Below are positions 38,223-50,903 of a DNA stretch of 64,000 nt, piece by piece. The stretch is from Octopus bimaculoides (lineage: Eukaryota): the NCBI RefSeq assembly GCF_001194135.2, contig NC_068981.1, positions 36,206,842-36,270,841 of the forward strand. The letters run 5' to 3'. The number at the start of each line of letters is the position of its first letter. Position 1 is the first letter of the stretch. The notes below the pieces were generated by a model. That model had not been told where the DNA came from and searched no databases. It was given only the letters and a program-made list of their open reading frames with translations. Position numbers and translations under genes: made by a program.

Positions 38223-38287
38223 TAAATGCTTCAGCCATCATGTTCATATCGTTCAGTATGATATGAATATGATGGTAGAAACAGTTG
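38223..38287 (+). ncRNA. Pre-miRNA-like hairpin (candidate)
   Basis: 17 contiguous pairs (38234-38250 with 38260-38276, two G-U), extending to about 28 positions with 3 mismatches, and a 9-nt loop. Confidence 0.25.
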
Positions 38288-38627
38288 CATGTTTTCTAGT
38301 AGGATTAGAAGATTTAAACAGTGGATACTGTTTAAGATGAAAGGGAATTAACCTTACTAGCAAGGTTACAACTTGTCAGATTAACGCATCTTAGAAGTAT
38401 CAGCAATTACCTTTCAAAGCAATTATCGTGTTACAAGATAAATATTATAGATGAACTATCATTCCTCACTAGCAGAGAAAAAGAATCAGTTACTATAATC
38501 CATGTTAATCTCTTGATGCTACAAGTTCTTTGCTTTCTTTAAGAACATAAATCTCTCTCTTTCTCACTCTCTCATGTTCTCTCTCTTTTTTCACTCTCTC
38601 TTTCTTCCACATACACACTGACAGACA

Positions 38628-38671
<44 letters not shown>

Positions 38672-40107
38672 TTGTTTATTTCAGTTAGCATACCATTTAA
38701 ACAACCAGAATGTTTCTTCATCCATAAGTAGCTTACTAGAAGAAAACATCATGTTGGACTATATAATAAGTTAAGAAGCAAAGATAAATGGGTAGAGAGA
38801 TGGTAGTACATAACTTATTGTAGGAAGAGTATTAAAGCAGTTAGGTAAAGCTTAGACCAGAATTTGGTTTGTTGCTAGTTGCAAAGGGATTATTTTGATA
38901 GCTACTACTGGCTTTGGGAAGTGCTAATAATACAAGAGAAAAATAAGGGGGTTCAAAATTGACATAATCTTTTCTATAATTGATATAGCTACAGAATCAA
39001 TGGTTACAACAATCTAAATGGAAATAAATATGTTGAAAAAATAATGCATTAGAAAGATGAGTGTTAATTTAACATATCAAAATGAAAAGCATTGGAGCAG
39101 AAACAGATATCCAATAAATGGTGAATATATTGTTGCTAAAATATAGTTAATATCAAAATTGAATTACTTTTAATGAATCCTTGTATATTCCAAATGTTTA
39201 TTTAGCGCTGATAAGAGAATCCACATGGCTGTTGATTAACTTCAGTATTTTTCAGAAGCATTAAACATACGATACATATATAAATTTCCCATTTGAATAA
39301 AATTATAGCTTTTCATATGTAATTTTTCCCCAAAACCATGTTACCTTTTACTTGAATGACATCTAGATAAATTGAGGTATACAGAATTAAGTGTCCTATC
39401 ATAAAATTCAATGGTTATATCTGTAATGGATCAGAATTCATTATTCATGATACCTTATTACCCAGGCCATTTCGCTCGCACATTGGAATATATTTAGATA
39501 CAAAAAAAGCCACTTGGCAAAAAAGTGACTCTGTTATTGTTTCTTTTTTTATTACTTTTTTAATCTGTCCTTGTTACTTCTGCCTAAATATATATTTACA
39601 TGAGTTATTACATAATATACTTCAACAGTACTAAACACAATTTATTGAAGAAGGCACAACAGAGAAATAGAAGCTAAATCTCCCTCAGTACTGTTTTCTT
39701 GAATCATTCATTAAATAATGTCATCCCTAATATAATTATGACCAGAACGTTTTTGATCATAGTTTTATTTGATCAAAACTGGCCTTGGGTTAAACAACAA
39801 ACACAACACTAAACATCTTTGTAAAGGACAACCAGAGAAAAATTAAATGAAGTTTTACAGCAAAATATTCTTACACAAAGAGAATACTGCCTTACCCTTA
39901 GATTATAATTAAATGATATTGGCAAGGTTTAAATTAAAACTCTCTCTCTCATCAAAGCACTTGGATTTAATCTTTGGAATGAAGTATGAGTGATGTGTTG
40001 TGTGCTTGAGAGACATGTGTAAGTATGCACTTTTGTGTACCTCTCTATGTATGTGGATGTGTGCATGCACAGTTTTGATTGTTTGAACACATGTTTTAAC
40101 ACATGTT

Positions 40108-40181
40108 TGTACACAGGCATCATACAATCTGCCTTTCACTCTGAGGGAGAGGCCCTTGTAACTAACAAGAGTAGTAGCTCT
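40108..40181 (-). mobile_element. Short internal RTE RT fragment
   Basis: Minus translation ..KGLSLRVKGRLYDACV matches the same RT segment seen at about 56270-56310. Confidence 0.7.
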
Positions 40182-40200
40182 CCAGTGATACCACTGCACC

Positions 40201-41563
40201 TGTCTGTTTCCATCTACCAAATTCACTGACAAAACTTTGGTTGGCTTGAGGCCATAGTAGAAGGCACTTGCCTTCTACTATGGACTGAATCTGGAACGGC
40301 TTAGTCAAGCAAATCAGCCTTAGTACATATTTTAAGCCTTGTACTAATTCTATCACTTTCTCTTTTGTTGATCCACTTAGTTACAGGGGCACAAACAAAA
40401 GAACACTGGTTGCCAAATAATGTAGAGACAAACACAAACATACACATAAATATATACACCTTTTACTAGTTTCGTTCATTGGACTGCATTCATATTGGAG
40501 CATTACCTTGAAGTATTTAGTCAAACAAATCAACCCTATTATTTATTTTTTAAAGTCTAGTACTTTATTAATACTTTATTCTATTGTTCTTTTTTTGTTG
40601 AACCACTAAGTTATTGGGAAGTTATCAAACCAACACCAGTTTTCAAGTGGTGGTGGGGACAAACATAAAGACACATACATGCACTTACATGATGGGCTTC
40701 TAAGTCTTGGGTCACTCCATAGCTATCATATAAGACACATGCTCAAGGTGTCACACAGTAGAACAATCTAGAATATAAGTTCTCAAAATGGGCACTACTG
40801 CACCTCCTCCCCGGTGGGCATTGAGAGGGTCCAGATGGGTGCTGGTGTCTATGGGGGTGGTGTGGGACTTGTAGTGGTGGAGAAAAGGGAGGCAGTGGGA
40901 GGATGGCAGTAGATTGGGAGATGCTATGAATTTATAATATTATTATAGTATTGTATACAAATTATATAATATTATATTAAATATCAAATGATTCATAGTA
41001 TATATAAATTAGTAAAATATAAAATATTTATTTATGCATAAAAATAGGGATGGGGGTGCTGAGGCTATTATGTGGCCATGAAGGGGGCCCAAAAAGTTTG
41101 AGAATCTCTGATCTAGAACCATAGGAAGCATACTTCTTTCCATACACCACTATATCTTTTATCTTACTTGTTTCAGTCATTGGACTGCAGATATGCGGAG
41201 GTGGGGGACTGCCTTGATGGTTAATTCAAACAAATTAACTCCTGTACTTATTTTTAAGCATGGACTTATTCTATTGAATCTCTTTTTGCTGAACTGCTAA
41301 GTTAAGGGAAAGTAAACAGACCATCACCAGTTTTCAAGTGGTGTTGGGGGACAAAGATACACACACACACACACACACATGACAGGCTTCTTTCAGTTTC
41401 TTACTACCAAATCCACTCACAAAACTTTGATTAGCTCAAGACTATCATAGAAGACACTTGCCTCAGGTGTCATGTGGTAGGACTAAACCTGGAACCTTGT
41501 GGTTTGGAAGCAAATTTCTTACCACACACACGCATGCACACACATGCATGCACACACACGCAT

Positions 41564-41612
<49 letters not shown>

Positions 41613-41760
41613 ATGGGCTTCTACAAAGTTTCTTTTTACCAGATTAAGTCACAAAGCATTGATCAACCTGGGGGTATAGTAGAAGACAATTGTTCAGGGT
41701 GCTGCACAGTGTAACAGAACCCAATACCATGTGGCTGCAAAGAAAACCACTTAACCATGC
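40201..41760 (-). mobile_element. Cluster of about five co-oriented CORE-type SINE copies or fragments
   Basis: Segments at about 40201-40315, 40345-40773 plus 41111-41150, 41156-41525 and 41605-41760 are reverse complements of parts of 49479-49890. Confidence 0.8.
40774..41110. mobile_element. hAT (Charlie-like) non-autonomous element with 8-bp TSD, nested in a SINE
   Basis: Perfect TSD ATCTAGAA at 40766-40773 and 41111-41118. Termini are ..GTTCTCAAA and TTTGAGAATCTCTG. Confidence 0.85.
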
Positions 41761-43159
41761 AGATATGATGTAAAAACAAATGACAAACATACATACATGT
41801 GTGTGTGTGTGTGTGTTTGTGTATTAGACATTCACACACATGAATGTACAAATGTTAAATAAAAAAAAAAAACTACTTGATACACATGGCAGAATTAATT
41901 GAATCCTCTGGAGCTGAGATGTCACTCCATCACTATTCTAAGCATTCTAACTAGTGATGGAGTGAAGCCGTAAATTTGAATGAACACAGGCACGCATACA
42001 TACATACATGCATACATACATACATACATACACACATACACACACACACAGATAAAGTGACACACTAATATTGTATATACAGACACATGTAATATTGTTT
42101 GTTTATTTGAAACTGATAATAATTACACTTGGTATCGTATATGTTTTATTCACAAGATATCAGAATCTTAATATTATTTTATCATTTCCTTAAGAAAATA
42201 TCAAGTGATTGAGTGTACACTAAAACATAACCAAAATGGAATAAGAAAAAAAAAAGAGGTAAAACAAAATATACAGTTTTCTTTCTTTTTTTCTTTTCAA
42301 CATTTTGTTATTGTATTCTAATGCTTTGATTGTCTTTGAGCATTAAGTGAAAAATAAATTAGAGAGAGAATGAGGAAAAGGAGAGAAAGAGAGTGAGAAA
42401 AAGAAAAGAAACATTGCAACAGAAATATATTTGGAGGATGAAAAGAAATACCAAAAACCCAGAAATAATAGAAAAACCAAAAGTAAACTGGAAATAAGAA
42501 AGCTGTAAGCAAGTAACAAGTAACAAAATTAGCCAAAACAAAAATGTAAGGTAAGAGGTTGAAAAAAATGTAGGAGGACTCATTGGAATAAACAGATAGA
42601 ATAATAAATGTCTTGTTGTTTACCAATAACAACTTCATATTGACTTGTGTACAACTTTTGGTACAAGACTTTGTGAGGGTATATTGACTATGTCTTCTAG
42701 CTTACATGGGTATATTTCCTTTATGGACTCAGCTGTGATTGATTGTATAATATCTTTCACAAGAGAGAAATGTTGCTCCAAAGAGTTTGTAAAACGTTTC
42801 TACAGGATATATTCAGAAGAATGAATGATAAAAGCTATGAAATACATAAATTTGACTGAAATACTCACTATTTTTCCTTCTGACACACATGCAAATTATT
42901 TTTATTTTGTGAACACTAGTGTTGCTGGTAAAAGATTTACTATGGAAAAAAATCACTTATTCACAACACTTATGATAAGGATAGTGAGGGATTGTCTGTA
43001 CTACATCATCATAACAATTATCACTTGGATTTTGTTTGAAAGTACCATTTTTTTGTTTTCCTCACAGATTGACATCTTGCAGATGTTAGCATTTTGTGTT
43101 GATTATAGTGTTGAAAGATAAAGATAGACATACAAACATAAACACACACACACACAGCG

Positions 43160-43310
43160 AGTTAGCTTCTGCACTGTTTCTGTCTACCAAACCTCATTCT
43201 CAAGCCATTGATCAAACTAAAAGCACTTGCCTAAAGTGCTATGCAGTGAAATTTCGGTGAAACCAGACTCACATGGCTGCAAAACAAACTTGTTAATCAC
43301 ACATCCATGC
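43160..43310 (-). mobile_element. CORE-type SINE 5' half, degenerate
   Basis: GTTTCTGTCTACCAAA..AAGCACTTGCCTAAAGTGCTATGCAGTG on plus. Confidence 0.65.
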
Positions 43311-45008
43311 CTGCTATTATATCTAAACTTCTTTTACTGTATCAAAGTCAATAGGTTCAAAATCTGCAAGCATTTTTTATGGATGCTGGTGTGTGTATTT
43401 TACAGCTGGATTATGTTTCTAACACAAATTATTGAACTGTGAAGTGTGAAGTACATTCAGTCTATTTTACAATTACATAGATTGAGGCAAATATTGTACA
43501 GTCATGGAAAAGATGTTAAATGAACTGAAATGAAGTGAAATGATTTAAACTAAGGAAGATTATTAATCACAATGTTGAACTGATTGATAAATAATGAAAA
43601 ATCTGGTGAAATAACAGGATAATCTTCTTTTAATTTCAAAGCATTTTGCTGCCTGCAATATTTTCTGTGCATTTGTAAGCACTGACCTCAATTAGATTAG
43701 GAACTCTGCAACTGTGAATGATTTCCTCATCCAGGTGATATCTCTAATAAGCTCTTAATATAAAATATAGCATTTAAGGAAATCAAATATACCGCTCCAT
43801 TGAAAACGCAAGCAACTGCTTATGGTAAAGTTAGATTTATTAATGATGCATTATCTCAGGTGGCTGCTTGTGGTGCGTATTTTAATGAATTAATGTATCT
43901 AGCAATGATATTGCACTAATAAATCACCCCCAGACTTTCACAATTTTACTTCCTACATTTCACCTACATGTTGCTCACTTTCTGTAACCACAGCACTTTA
44001 AGGTGCAAATAAACTAGAATTGATCTTAGAGTCATGCAGTTACTATTATAGCTTTCAGCTTCTTTAACTATGCATTTTTTTTTTTCTTTTGGAAGTGTAA
44101 TGTTACACCATAAAAAGGAAACATTGGTAAATATTACAGGTTTCTTCAAGGGAAGAGACTTTTTATAGAAAAGGAGAGATTATCATCAAATACAGCATGG
44201 CAGAGGAAACTACTTTTGTATGGTAGTGTTGAATAACAGTAATCCTATATTTTTGTCATTGTACACCCACACAAGAGATTGATTATCATTGCAGAAGATA
44301 CTTTAGTTGAACCTTGCCTTATTGAATAATGCCAAAGGGAAAGAGGGATTATTTTGGCAATCAATAGTAGATTGGAATTAAAAGAAAAAGATGGAAAAAA
44401 TGGAAAAAAGGAAAAATCCCTAAAAAATAGGTCCTAACTATTATTATATACCCCCAATTCCTTCATGACATTTAATCAACCTACCATATGAAAAAAATTA
44501 TATATGAAACAAAAGGTCAAAATAAATTGTTGTGATAAAACAGGAAAACTGTTCAATACTTGTAGGCAAGAGCCTACCACTTAATAGGCTTACTAACTAA
44601 TAAAAGAAAAAGATGAAAGTCACATTCAATAGTCATTAACTGGGTTTACACATGTTTGTATTTCTCATTTCTGTTGGAATTATGAGGTTATCTCTGAAAC
44701 AGAGTGGGGTCTACTACAGAGCCTTTGAATCTGTTCAAGACAAGATAAATCTCCATGAAAACTTTCCTGTACTGTTTGTTTAAACTTCAACAACAATAAA
44801 AAGATCAGAAAAACCAGCAACCCCTTCTCCCATTTACTCAGTTATGACCTACATTAATAGTGTGGACCTTATCCAGTTATGCCTAAAACCATCTGCACAC
44901 CCAGCACAGAAATTCTAACAAATACTAAGGACATTTCCTGGCTTCCTCAGAAAAACGAAATCAATTATAGATATATAGGAGAATAGTAATGGTTGAGATT
45001 GTGTCAAG

Positions 45009-45110
45009 CAGTGCTCCTGAAAGTGGTCAGTATTGCCTCCTAGGGTGGTGGCGGAAAATTTTATATGGATACAGAAAACAAAGAGGGTAGTGGTGAAGGG
45101 AAGGGATAGC
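45009..45110. mobile_element. hAT-like left-end fragment
   Basis: CAGTGCTCCTGAAAGTGGTCAGTATTGCCTCCTAGGG resembles the left end of 40774-41110. Confidence 0.45.
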
Positions 45111-46067
45111 CCTAATATTCAAAACTATTTTTAGTTTTTATTCTGTGTGCAAATCATCTGGTAATATTAGTGGTTCTAAAATGACTTTTGGAATTTACAC
45201 TGAACAAGTTTAAAATTATTGACAAAATGATTTTGAAATTGATCCTAAATCACGAACTCAAATTTTTCATCAGGGCTTTTGTTTTTGAAGCACAATTACA
45301 ACTTAGTGAATTTCCCTTGTTTCTTTTGGTTGAATTAACATAGCAGAAAATAAAAATGCAATAGGGTCTAATTGTCTACCTCTGCTATTGCCAGTCATTT
45401 ACCCATCTCAACCCATGACCACCTCTATCATTGCCAATTGCTCTCCTCTCCTTCAACTTCACTCAAATAGTTCTTTTCCCATCATATTCTTTTTTTCTTT
45501 TTACCGAACCTTACTTTTGGCTACCTTTGTCATTGCCAGTCATTCTCCACCCGCTGCCTACCCTACATATTCCTGTCTTTTTACCATAATGCTAAGTCTT
45601 ACCAATCAAGTAGGATATGATTTGCTGAGGTCAGTCTAATTAAGACTGGAATATGTCTAATGTTAACAGAAAGTAAATAACAGCTAAAATAACTATTGCT
45701 AATAGCTTTACATGTAAATAAATGGTTAAGAGAAAATACAAATGCTAATATATTTCACATTTTTTAAACATATGCTAATAAGAAAACACAAGTTTAAAAT
45801 GTTGAAAGAAGTAAAAATCTTCTTGCATTGTCACAGATGTATTGGCATTACTGATATATGAGTGCTTTGAAACTATTGTAGCAATGCAGACCTAATCTCG
45901 TTGAGTACATATTAGTATTGCTCTGAGTAGATACATTAAGTAGATACATTAAACGTATTGATACTTTCTTCAAGTACAGAACCAGTCACAAATTTGCTCA
46001 CCATACAATTTAACACCAGCATCCTCATCACCATCACTGTCATCATGGCTATCCCCATCACAACCAC

Positions 46068-46101
46068 GTAGTAGTAGTAGTAGTAGTAGTAGTAATAATA
46101 A

Positions 46102-46133
<32 letters not shown>
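46068..46133. repeat. (TAG)n with an internal (TAA)n patch
   Basis: Seen directly. Confidence 0.97.
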
Positions 46134-48460
46134 ACAATGCAAATAGTAAAGATGAATATAATCATATCATTTACAGAAAACTAAAGAGGAAATCTACTAA
46201 GGAGGGGAAAAAAATTCATATGTTGAAGACTAAAGTTAGCATAACAACTGAGAGAGCCATATAACTTCAACATGCAAACCTATGTATTTACAGCTTTTCA
46301 GACAAGTGTGAAGACTGCAGCTGGTTTCTGGAATGAAGTTACATGAAGAGATGTATGGCTGCTGAATATGAGCAGACAAAAGGAGACACTAGCCAAAAGG
46401 GAAAAGCACAATTGAATGAGCTTCTTTCAATGTAACATGCCTTCAAACAAAAGATGACTGCCGCCAAAATGGACACCACAGAATATGGTTTAGTTCAAAG
46501 AAACTACACAACTATGCTGAGAAATACAGTTGTAAGAACCATTAGATTTCTCAAATGACCATTGATTTTTTTCTTTCATTTTATATATCTCTTTATTTCT
46601 TCTCAATTTCTTCTGATTTGTTGGTGTGAATGTGAGAAAATGGTATCTCATAGATAAAATGGCAAAGGAATAAAGCACTAACGGAGAGGGAAACTGTTTA
46701 ACAACTCAACTCAGTTTACATTAAAAAAAAAAACAATTAAAAATGGACATGTAAAATGTAATAGCTGAGAGATAGAGAGCAGATTTGTCTAGACTGAATA
46801 TAAGACTGACCATCTCAGCTGTTCATTAGATAAGATTTCTCAATGGAAATCCTGCCAAAATCTAACTAAGCTTTTCAAAGTTGATGAGGTAAGCACTAGT
46901 GATATACTGACTAGGATATGCAGCCAAATTTTACGCCATATTTGATATGTTGGATTTCTATGTCACAACCATTAATCGGTTCAATCAAATGTTGATGAAG
47001 CTTATCCAACAAGAAGAGCAACAACAACAACGATACAGATATTAAGCTGCTTCTGATGAGGAATGAAGAAAACATTTTTTTTTCAGGAAGAAAAGACATT
47101 GAAGAATGGGAATCTATAAAAGTGATGAGAAGGTAGTCTTGTTGAAATGATAGAAGAATGTTAAGTGGAACATAAATGAAAATAAAAAAAAATTCTGCAA
47201 ACTGAGTATTTCTCTGAAGAATGTAAAAAAACTAGATAATAAGAGATGAGGTAAATTAATAGAAAAAGCACAGGAAACAAAAGGACGACAAAAACAAAAA
47301 CATATATATAAATAATAAGATTGAACATTAGTGAGTCCTAGAAAATCAATAAGGCCTTAAATAAACAGATTAATTGATTTTTGGATGGGTGGGGAGTGGT
47401 CTGAGTGAGAATTCAATGTTAGTAGGAACAAAGTAAACTGTTTGTCACCACTAATGTGATCATGACGATAAAACTACTGATAATGATATGTGAAGCTGGG
47501 TGGGCAGAGGCAAATGGTGTCCGTGGGTAGGTCACTATACAAAGCTTAAGCAATTTAGTCAGCATTGATCAATGAGACAATCTGAAATAACCATTCACTG
47601 TACTATTTATTTAGGATTGTCAGCACTCCAGCATCTCTACATCAATGTTGTTGTTAATGTATTGACTTTAACCCAATTCACTTAAGAGGTGAGACTTAAT
47701 TCAGTAGAAGTAAAAAAAAAGGAAAAAATTTCCATGAATGTTTAATTCTAGGAAACAAAAAGAAAAAAAGAAAAACAAGCAAAGAAACAAAAAGACTTAG
47801 TTAAATAAAACTGGAAAAAAAATGAAAAGAAGCAGCTGCATCAAAAATTAAAACAAAACAGAACAAATCCTGTATTCCAAAACATTCACTTATTCAGTTA
47901 TCTGGTAAATTTTTGAATGTTGCAGCAGTTGTTTCAGTCAGTTAATACAATTTCAATTCCTAAACAGAACTGCTTTGCTTAGTTTGTTTATCTTTAAGAA
48001 AGATATGAATGGCACAGAAAATCTCCCTCTTCTATATATGAAATTTCTATGTCTATGCAGGATTATTGCTGTTGTTTCTGTAATTGTTCATATTACTGTT
48101 GTCATTTGCTCAGGAATACATTATTCTATGTATCCTTTATTTAAGTCGATAGGGTATGATTTGAAGGAGACTTGGTTGTTGTTTCTAGAAGATTAAATGA
48201 CCACATAAAGGATTCCATATTGACAGCAGCTTTTGCTTTATATAGTATTTCAAGTAGATAAGGTACTGAATGCCTGGCTTTGTGATTGTCAGTTCAGACC
48301 TTACTTTGGGCAGTATTTTTCCTCATGAATACATCACACCTAATTAAGAAACTACTACTACTAACTACTTGTATGAAACTGACTGGTCAGTATTTAATTA
48401 CAAACTAATCATGAAAGAATAAGGCTGATTATCTCTCATTCTCTTGCTCTCTCTCTTTCC

Positions 48461-48526
<66 letters not shown>

Positions 48527-48568
48527 ATGTGTGTGTGTGTGTGTGTATATATATATACACACACACAT

Positions 48569-48740
48569 TCAATTTTTTTTCTCCGTGTTTTTCTCCTTGT
48601 TTTCTCTGTATTCATTCTGTTGAAGAGCGTAGCTCGAAACGTTAAAGACTTTCTGTATTCCCAAGCGTTAAACTAATACATCCTTTTGTTGTCTACACCA
48701 CCTGTCCTTGTCTGTTGTTGGTTTTTTCGTAAATTCTCCC
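48569..48740 (+). mobile_element. Penelope-like terminal repeat fragment embedded in TA/CA microsatellite
   Basis: Carries a hammerhead-like motif typical of PLE termini and is flanked by microsatellites on both sides. Confidence 0.6.
48612..48648 (+). ncRNA. Minimal type-I hammerhead ribozyme-like motif (core variant)
   Basis: TCATT-CTGTTGA-A-GAGC(GTA)GCTC-GAAAC-GTT-AAAGA: core, helix II, palindromic ACGT helix III, and helix I with 4/5 pairs. Core position 6 is T instead of A. Confidence 0.6.
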
Positions 48741-48780
<40 letters not shown>

Positions 48781-48781
<1 letters not shown>

Positions 48782-49310
48782 TAATTCAAATAATAACAAA
48801 ACAGAAATTCTTTAACACATCTTTAATGATTCATTACAATTGTTTCTGTACCAACTCTGCTTGCAATGCCAGTTTATGCAAAAATTTGAAAATCTATGTA
48901 AGGTGTGCGATTTTAGACATTTAAGTGGTACTTCATCAGACTTACATCACAAGTGCTCTATCACATTTTGCGTCTTCCTTCTCCTTCTTCTTAATATTTT
49001 CCTGCTATATCTCCTGCTTCATGATCTCTACACTAATTATTCATCCTCTAAACACACTTTTATTTACCTTTTGTTTCATCCTGATATAACCAAGAAATAA
49101 TGTCTGGAAAACACATTACGTGATAGTATACCTTTCATGCAAGTCTGATGAACTGCCACTCAAATGTCTAAAACGGCAAACATTATGTAAATTTTCACTT
49201 TGAAATTTTGCATAAACTGGCATTGCAAGCAGAGTTGGGACAGAAACAGTTGTAACAAATCATTAAAGATGTGTTAAAGAATTTCTTTGTCTTTTTAATA
49301 TTTGGATTAT
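48781..49310. mobile_element. Foldback/MITE-like element with ~200-bp inverted arms
   Basis: 48781-48978 is the reverse complement of 49106-49310 (e.g. CAACTCTGCTTGCAATGCCAGTTTATGCAAAA versus TTTTGCATAAACTGGCATTGCAAGCAGAGTTG), with a ~127-nt spacer. Confidence 0.85.
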
Positions 49311-49478
49311 AATTAACTCTTCACCAAACCCACACAATGGTGTTATTATCATAAGACAAAGCTTTACTACATTTGAAGAATTCCAGCATTGGTCTGGAAC
49401 CTGACAGTGATGATAGCCCAGAATTCAGCTTGATTGGTTCTCTGGAAATACCGTACCAGGACCTAAGGTGTATATATA

Positions 49479-49890
49479 AGGCACAGGAGTGGCTGTGTGG
49501 TAAGTAGCTTGCTTACCAACCACATGGTTCCAGATTCAGTCCCACTGTGTGGCACCTTGGGCAAGTGTCTTCTACTATACCCTTGGGCTAACCAAAGCCT
49601 TGTGAGTGGATTTGGAAGATGGAAACTGAAAGAAGCCCGTTGTATATATGTATATATATATGTGTGTGTGTATATGTTTGTGTGCCTGTGTTTGTCCCCC
49701 CAACATGGCTTGACAACCGATGGTGGTGTGTTTATGTCCCCATAACTTAGTGGTTTGGCAAAAGAGACCGATAGAATAAGTACTAGGCTTGCAAAGAATA
49801 AGTCCTGGGGTCGATTTGCTTGATTAAAGGCAGTGCTCCAGCATGGCCGCAGTCAAATGACTGAAACAAGTAAAAGAGTAAAAGAGTATA
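49479..49890 (+). mobile_element. Full-length composite tRNA-derived CORE-type SINE
   Basis: tRNA-like head (GGAGTGGCTGTGTGGTAAG..GGTTCCAGATTCAGTCCC), CORE-like GGCACCTTGGGCAAGTGTCTTCT, an internal TA/TG linker, and a 3' part ending GCAGTGCTCCAGCATGGCCGCAGTC..(GTAAAAGA)n. Confidence 0.9.
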
Positions 49891-50016
49891 TAAAAATATA
49901 TATATATATAAATATATATATATAAATATATATATATAAATATATATATAAATAAATATATATATATATATATGTATAAATATATATGTATAAATATATA
50001 TGTATATATATACATA

Positions 50017-50047
50017 TAAGTCAGTAAATAGTGGGGTTGTGTTAACC
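50017..50047 (-). mobile_element. Second copy of the 26113 element terminus, abutting a gap
   Basis: ATAAGTCAGTAAATAGTGGGGTTGTGTTAAC is identical to the 26113-region terminus and also follows (TA)n. Confidence 0.8.
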
Positions 50048-50836
50048 NNNNNNNNNNNNNNNNNNNNNNNNNNNNNNNNNNNNNNNNNNNNNNNNNNNNN
50101 NNNNNNNNNNNNNNNNNNNNNNNNNNNNNNNNNNNNNNNNNNNNNNNNNNNNNNNNNNNNNNNNNNNNNNNNNNNNNNNNNNNNNNNNNNNNNNNNNNNN
50201 NNNNNNNNNNNNNNNNNNNNNNNNNNNNNNNNNNNNNNNNNNNNNNNNNNNNNNNNNNNNNNNNNNNNNNNNNNNNNNNNNNNNNNNNNNNNNNNNNNNN
50301 NNNNNNNNNNNNNNNNNNNNNNNNNNNNNNNNNNNNNNNNNNNNNNNNNNNNNNNNNNNNNNNNNNNNNNNNNNNNNNNNNNNNNNNNNNNNNNNNNNNN
50401 NNNNNNNNNNNNNNNNNNNNNNNNNNNNNNNNNNNNNNNNNNNNNNNNNNNNNNNNNNNNNNNNNNNNNNNNNNNNNNNNNNNNNNNNNNNNNNNNNNNN
50501 NNNNNNNNNNNNNNNNNNNNNNNNNNNNNNNNNNNNNNNNNNNNNNNNNNNNNNNNNNNNNNNNNNNNNNNNNNNNNNNNNNNNNNNNNNNNNNNNNNNN
50601 NNNNNNNNNNNNNNNNNNNNNNNNNNNNNNNNNNNNNNNNNNNNNNNNNNNNNNNNNNNNNATATATATATAAGTCCCGTAATACTTAATATTCAATATT
50701 TCATTTATTCAATAAGACATTCAATACTTCATTTCATTTTACTATATGTACTGTATATTCCATATTCTATATCCTACATTAATTTTATAAGAATATAAAT
50801 AAAACATGAAAAACAGAGTTGGAATTTTTTTGAATA

Positions 50837-50868
<32 letters not shown>

Positions 50869-50870
50869 AT

Positions 50871-50903
<33 letters not shown>

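Noticed and set aside
46290-46560. Protein-like fragments (KCEDCSW; AAEYEQTKGDTSQKGK)
   Set aside because: Interrupted by stops within a few codons; no zinc-finger spacing or other family match.
49352-49478. Acidic peptide LEPDSDDSPEFSLIGSLEIPYQDL upstream of the SINE
   Set aside because: About 40 codons with weak splice signals and no recognisable homology.
49479-49560. tRNA genes
   Set aside because: The A/B-box-like heads continue into SINE bodies and do not form complete cloverleaves.
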